Origin: Eledone cirrhosa
Lineage: Eukaryota
Length of the DNA: 64,000 nucleotides
Reading direction: 5' to 3'
NCBI GenBank assembly: GCA_964016885.1
Contig: OZ024741.1
Coordinates: 109,740,001-109,804,000 of the forward strand
Made by a program: the position numbers and the translations under genes
Part shown: positions 60,355 to 64,000 of the stretch, piece by piece
How positions within the stretch are numbered: the first letter of the stretch is position 1
Layout of the letters: each line of letters begins with the position of its first letter
The notes under the pieces: model-generated
Databases searched by the model: none
What the model was told of the DNA's origin: nothing
Seen by the model: only the letters and a program-made list of their open reading frames with translations

Positions 60355-61100
60355 AGGGGGAAGAAAAAATGGCTTCACTTGTGCTTTCAACAAATTTATT
60401 TTCTTCACAAAATCCAAAAAGAATTTTTCTTAAAAAAAATTATTTTATAAATTAAGTTGTTGGTTGTTGGTTAGGTCTTAGGAGTTCTTGGTTAACGTAG
60501 GAGGTATTGTTTCGTTTTTAGAAAGACCTTTCACGCTGAGGTGCACTTGTCAAACTGATGTGTATGTGGTGTGTTGTTCTATATATAGGGATTTAACGTG
60601 TCTGTGGTGTGGTGGGGGTTTCTTTTCTCCCCCTTTAATAAGTGCATGGGTGTAGGTGTGTTGAAAAAGTGTTCATAGCAGTAATGAGTTGAGACGGTGA
60701 GTAGGGTTGGGTGGGGAGAAATGTAGCAAGTGCGGCCTGCCCCGGTCATTCTATATATTCCTACATATGCCCGTGTGTGTTATGTACGTATATGCGCACA
60801 TATGTGTGTGTTGAACAAAGGACTAACTTTGGGATGGACGTAGAAAAATTCTTCAGGAAAAAAAGAAGAAAAAAATAATTATTCACAAACTTGACAGGTG
60901 CGATTTGCCTGTGACCATTCTCAACACAAAAGCAATGCTAAAAGCTTTTTCCCCTGAATAAAGGAATTTTTCGAGAATGACCTAACCAACTCCTAAGACC
61001 TAACCAACAACCAACAACTTAATTTATAAAATAATTTTTTTTAAGAAAAATTCTTTTTGGATTTTGTGAAGAAAATAAATTTGTTGAAAGCACAAGTGAA
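60355..61100. repeat. Inverted repeat with about 130-bp arms and a 490-bp spacer
   Basis: GGGGGAAGAAAA..TGGCTTCACTTGTGCTTTCAAC...GGTCTTAGGAGTT is mirrored at about 60988-61118. Confidence 0.85.
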
Positions 61101-61160
61101 GCCATATTTTCTTCCCCCCTTTCTTAATATACCTAACTGTACCAAGGATTACACACATTT

Positions 61161-61200
<40 letters not shown>

Positions 61201-61819
61201 TATTTCCCGACGCCGAAGACGCTTCGTCCTCGAGAACGCATGGTAGATTTTTTAGACATATTTTAGGAAAAAAAGTAGCGTCTTCGACGCCGAGAAATGC
61301 GGTTTATATTTACCTCGGCTGCGTTTGTCTGTTTCTCTCTTTCTTTCTTACTGCTCCCCCGTTCTCTCTGTTTCTCTCACCTTCTTTCGGCCCCTCTGTC
61401 AGTTACACTTTCTCTCGACTGACCTCTTCCTCGCACTTCCACTCACTCACTCTCTGTTTCTCCCCTTCTCACTTCCTCCCGTTTCGTTGGTAGTGGGGTT
61501 CTTTCTTGCTCACATCTCACTCACCACGGACGGTTTGTATTCTGAACGCTCATGAAATTCACCCAGTTTATGCTGACCGGAAAACCATGTTGCTTGTTTT
61601 TTTTCCTATCTTCGGTTTGCTTTTATCCTTCTATGTTGTTTACTTGTCTCACTCGCTTTACGCGACTCACTTGTCCCAATAGCTTTTTTTAGTTATTGCT
61701 CGCACCAACCTGATTTTTAATGCGATGAAATACCAATGATGGTTAGCAAATCACTGACGAGGGACTAATTTTATAATATGTAACCCATGTGCAACCACGC
61801 AGGATTCCTCTTTCTTCTC

Positions 61820-61904
<85 letters not shown>

Positions 61905-61970
61905 AGAGATAACAGAGAGTCTGCGGTGCTGAGATAGAGGAGACCACTAAGGTGTGGAGTGAGTATACAG

Positions 61971-62095
61971 ATATGTAAAATCCCGACCGCGGCACCAAGT
62001 AGTTTTCAACTTGGGTGTTCAGCAACCATTTTCAAAAGGCTTGCTGAACACACAAGTTGAAAAATACTTGGTGCCGCGGTCGGGATTTTACATAT
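61971..62095. repeat. Near-perfect foldback with about 55-bp arms
   Basis: ATATGTAAAATCCCGACCGCGGCACCAAGTA..TTCAGCAA pairs with TTGCTGAA..TACTTGGTGCCGCGGTCGGGATTTTACATAT. Confidence 0.9.
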
Positions 62096-62159
62096 ATATG
62101 TATAAATATATATACACATATATATGTTTAAATATATATACACACACACATATATATAC

Positions 62160-62612
62160 CGAGGATCCTCAAGGGTTAAATGAGATACTGAATGAACAGT
62201 ACAAATGTGTTTTCACACCACCAATGAGGCACATGCAAATAACAAAGCCAGGGGAATTATTTGATGCCACAGCACCACACGGAGAAATGGCGACCATCAA
62301 CCACATAGATACAACGAAGGAAGATGTAATATCAGCCATAGAAGAAATGAGAGCAAACTCAGCTGTTGGACCTGATGAATTCCCAGCAATCCCCTAAAAA
62401 CATGCAAGCATGCTTTAGCAAAGCCGCTGAAGATCCTCTTCAAAAAGTATATGGCTAGCAGTAAACTAACCAGAGAGCTAAAAGAAGGCATAACATGCCC
62501 TATCCATAACTGAGGAAGCTGAGCAGAGGCTAAATCTACAGACCGGTCTTCCTGACCTCATATATCACTAAGGTTATGGGACGAATCATCAGAAAGAAAC
62601 TGATCGCATTTG
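62160..62612 (+). mobile_element. CR1-group LINE RT N-terminal fragment
   Basis: EILNEQYKCVFT, SAVGPDEFPAI, ALAKPLKILF, ITCPIH and (Y)RPV.LTSYITKVMGRIIRKKL, with stops. Confidence 0.75.
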
Positions 62613-63040
62613 TTGCTGCCCCCCCCCACCTGCCCTTATTTACGCTTCGCCTCGTGCTGTGAGTTCATCGTGTATCTTGATCACCAGAATGTTCAGATGC
62701 TTCTTAAAAACGTCTACATACACACCATGTATATCTCACAGATGTTTTGGCAGCCTATTAAAAAGCTGGTGTCCCTTAAACCCCAGGCTATTGTAGTACG
62801 TGATTCTGATTCTTGAAGCGAGGGATGGTGTCCTGTTCGTAGGTTGGTTCTGAATTCAATGCCGAAGTTAGGATCTTCAATACCGAAGTAGAGTTTAAAT
62901 ATTAATGTATTATGTGTAAATATTTAGTCTTGACTCTGGAGTTTCACCTGCGCAAGTGAAATTCCAGATGAACAGGACACTATTTAGCAATAATAAATGA
63001 CTATATGCGTGTATCTATAAATTAATTGCTCTGTGGTGAG

Positions 63041-63093
63041 TCTTGTTACTCTGGAGTTCCACCTGCGAACTCACTGGATCATCAAACAAGACA
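63041..63093 (-). ncRNA. Decayed type I hammerhead (family also at about 52905-52980 and 62925-62980)
   Basis: Minus strand: GTCTTGT-TTGATGA-...-GGAACTC ca GAGTA-ACAAGAC. Stem I is intact but the core has substitutions. The relative at 52963 keeps GAAACTCCAGAGTA. Confidence 0.5.
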
Positions 63094-63118
63094 TACATGA
63101 TATGATATGATATGATAT

Positions 63119-63216
<98 letters not shown>

Positions 63217-63217
<1 letters not shown>

Positions 63218-63930
63218 TAGCCGCATTACCCACGCCTTGCTGCGTTTCACACATTTTTTTTTTTTTGTAAGAAAATGATGATTGATTTTAAATCAGTGAT
63301 ATAATGATGTATGGAGAAAATCTCTGCATTTCAATATTACTCAATGTAATATGTAATGCATGAAAAATTGGAAAACATTATTTTTTGTAATATATCAAAT
63401 CAAAATTATATTATTAAATCTTATTCTTATTTTGTTTCTTGTAAATAATTTTTTTCAAAATATCAATTCAAAACTTGATCATTTCATTTTTGTGTAAAGC
63501 ATTATTTTCAAATTAGAAATTTAAAGTTTAATTATTTATTTTTTAACATAATGAATACATGAAAATATATTTCATACTTTGTCCTAACGAAGAACTTCAG
63601 AGTAAACAATATTTTTTGTATTTCTTTGATTGGCTAAAATGTAGAGATTTATTGAAGTTCCAGTCCTTCAAACAGCCACATAAAACATGCCATGACTGAA
63701 ACATGGGTGTGTCAGATATATACCAATAGTTTTGAAAGTTTGACCTTGACTCTTATTGATGCTCATGGCAAAGCATGGCCTCACTGGGAACTGCAGCCTC
63801 TTAAATGTAAAAGGCAACTCGCTATCTCTTGGTATAAGTGGAATCCTGAGAATGAGAAGAGCTTGACCTTTGTAAGTCCCGAATATTATGGTTGCTTCAG
63901 TCAAGTTCTCGTGCAATCTTGTTCCATTTA
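63217..63930 (-). mobile_element. Helitron 3' end with PIF1-like helicase C-terminus
   Basis: RIPLIP..LPFTFKRLQFPVRPCFAMSINKSQGQT...CFSHGMFYVA. Subterminal hairpin ACGC agcaag GCGT, then terminal CTAG followed by T in an (AT)n tract. Confidence 0.9.
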
Positions 63931-64000
63931 TTGGCCAACATTTTCTCTATAGGGGGTTTAACCCCCATTAGGGTGTCTTAATATTATTGAAATTTGCTGA

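Noticed and set aside
60515-60560. Minus-strand TTGACAA-GTGC..GCGT-GAAAG hammerhead-like motif
   Set aside because: I could not form stem I. It may be a truncated relic.
63668-63916. Host PIF1 helicase gene
   Set aside because: It has an in-frame stop and is followed by a Helitron hairpin plus CTAG end.

Overview
AT-rich, microsatellite-dense animal genomic DNA. The repeat landscape resembles an octopus/cephalopod scaffold (inference), and there is a 200-N gap at 27069-27268. The only convincing host-gene sequence is a minus-strand exon (5709-6053) encoding the extracellular domain of BAMBI, with a tentative upstream exon near 44749-45021. Most long ORFs in the track are translations of (AT)n/(AC)n or minisatellites. 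Transposon relics include RTE, Tx1/L1-like, CR1-like and Penelope-like retroelements, a maT/mariner transposase, a Buster-type hAT, a Helitron 3' end and two tRNA-SINE families. The standout signal is more than a dozen type I hammerhead ribozyme motifs from several unrelated small elements. Many lie in tandem-plus-inverted (Penelope pLTR / retrozyme-like) arrangements between (AT)n tracts, and several carry the compensatory U3-A8 core. A Tx1-like LINE family repeatedly abuts (TCTA)n microsatellites. All ribozyme calls were folded by eye and are untested.
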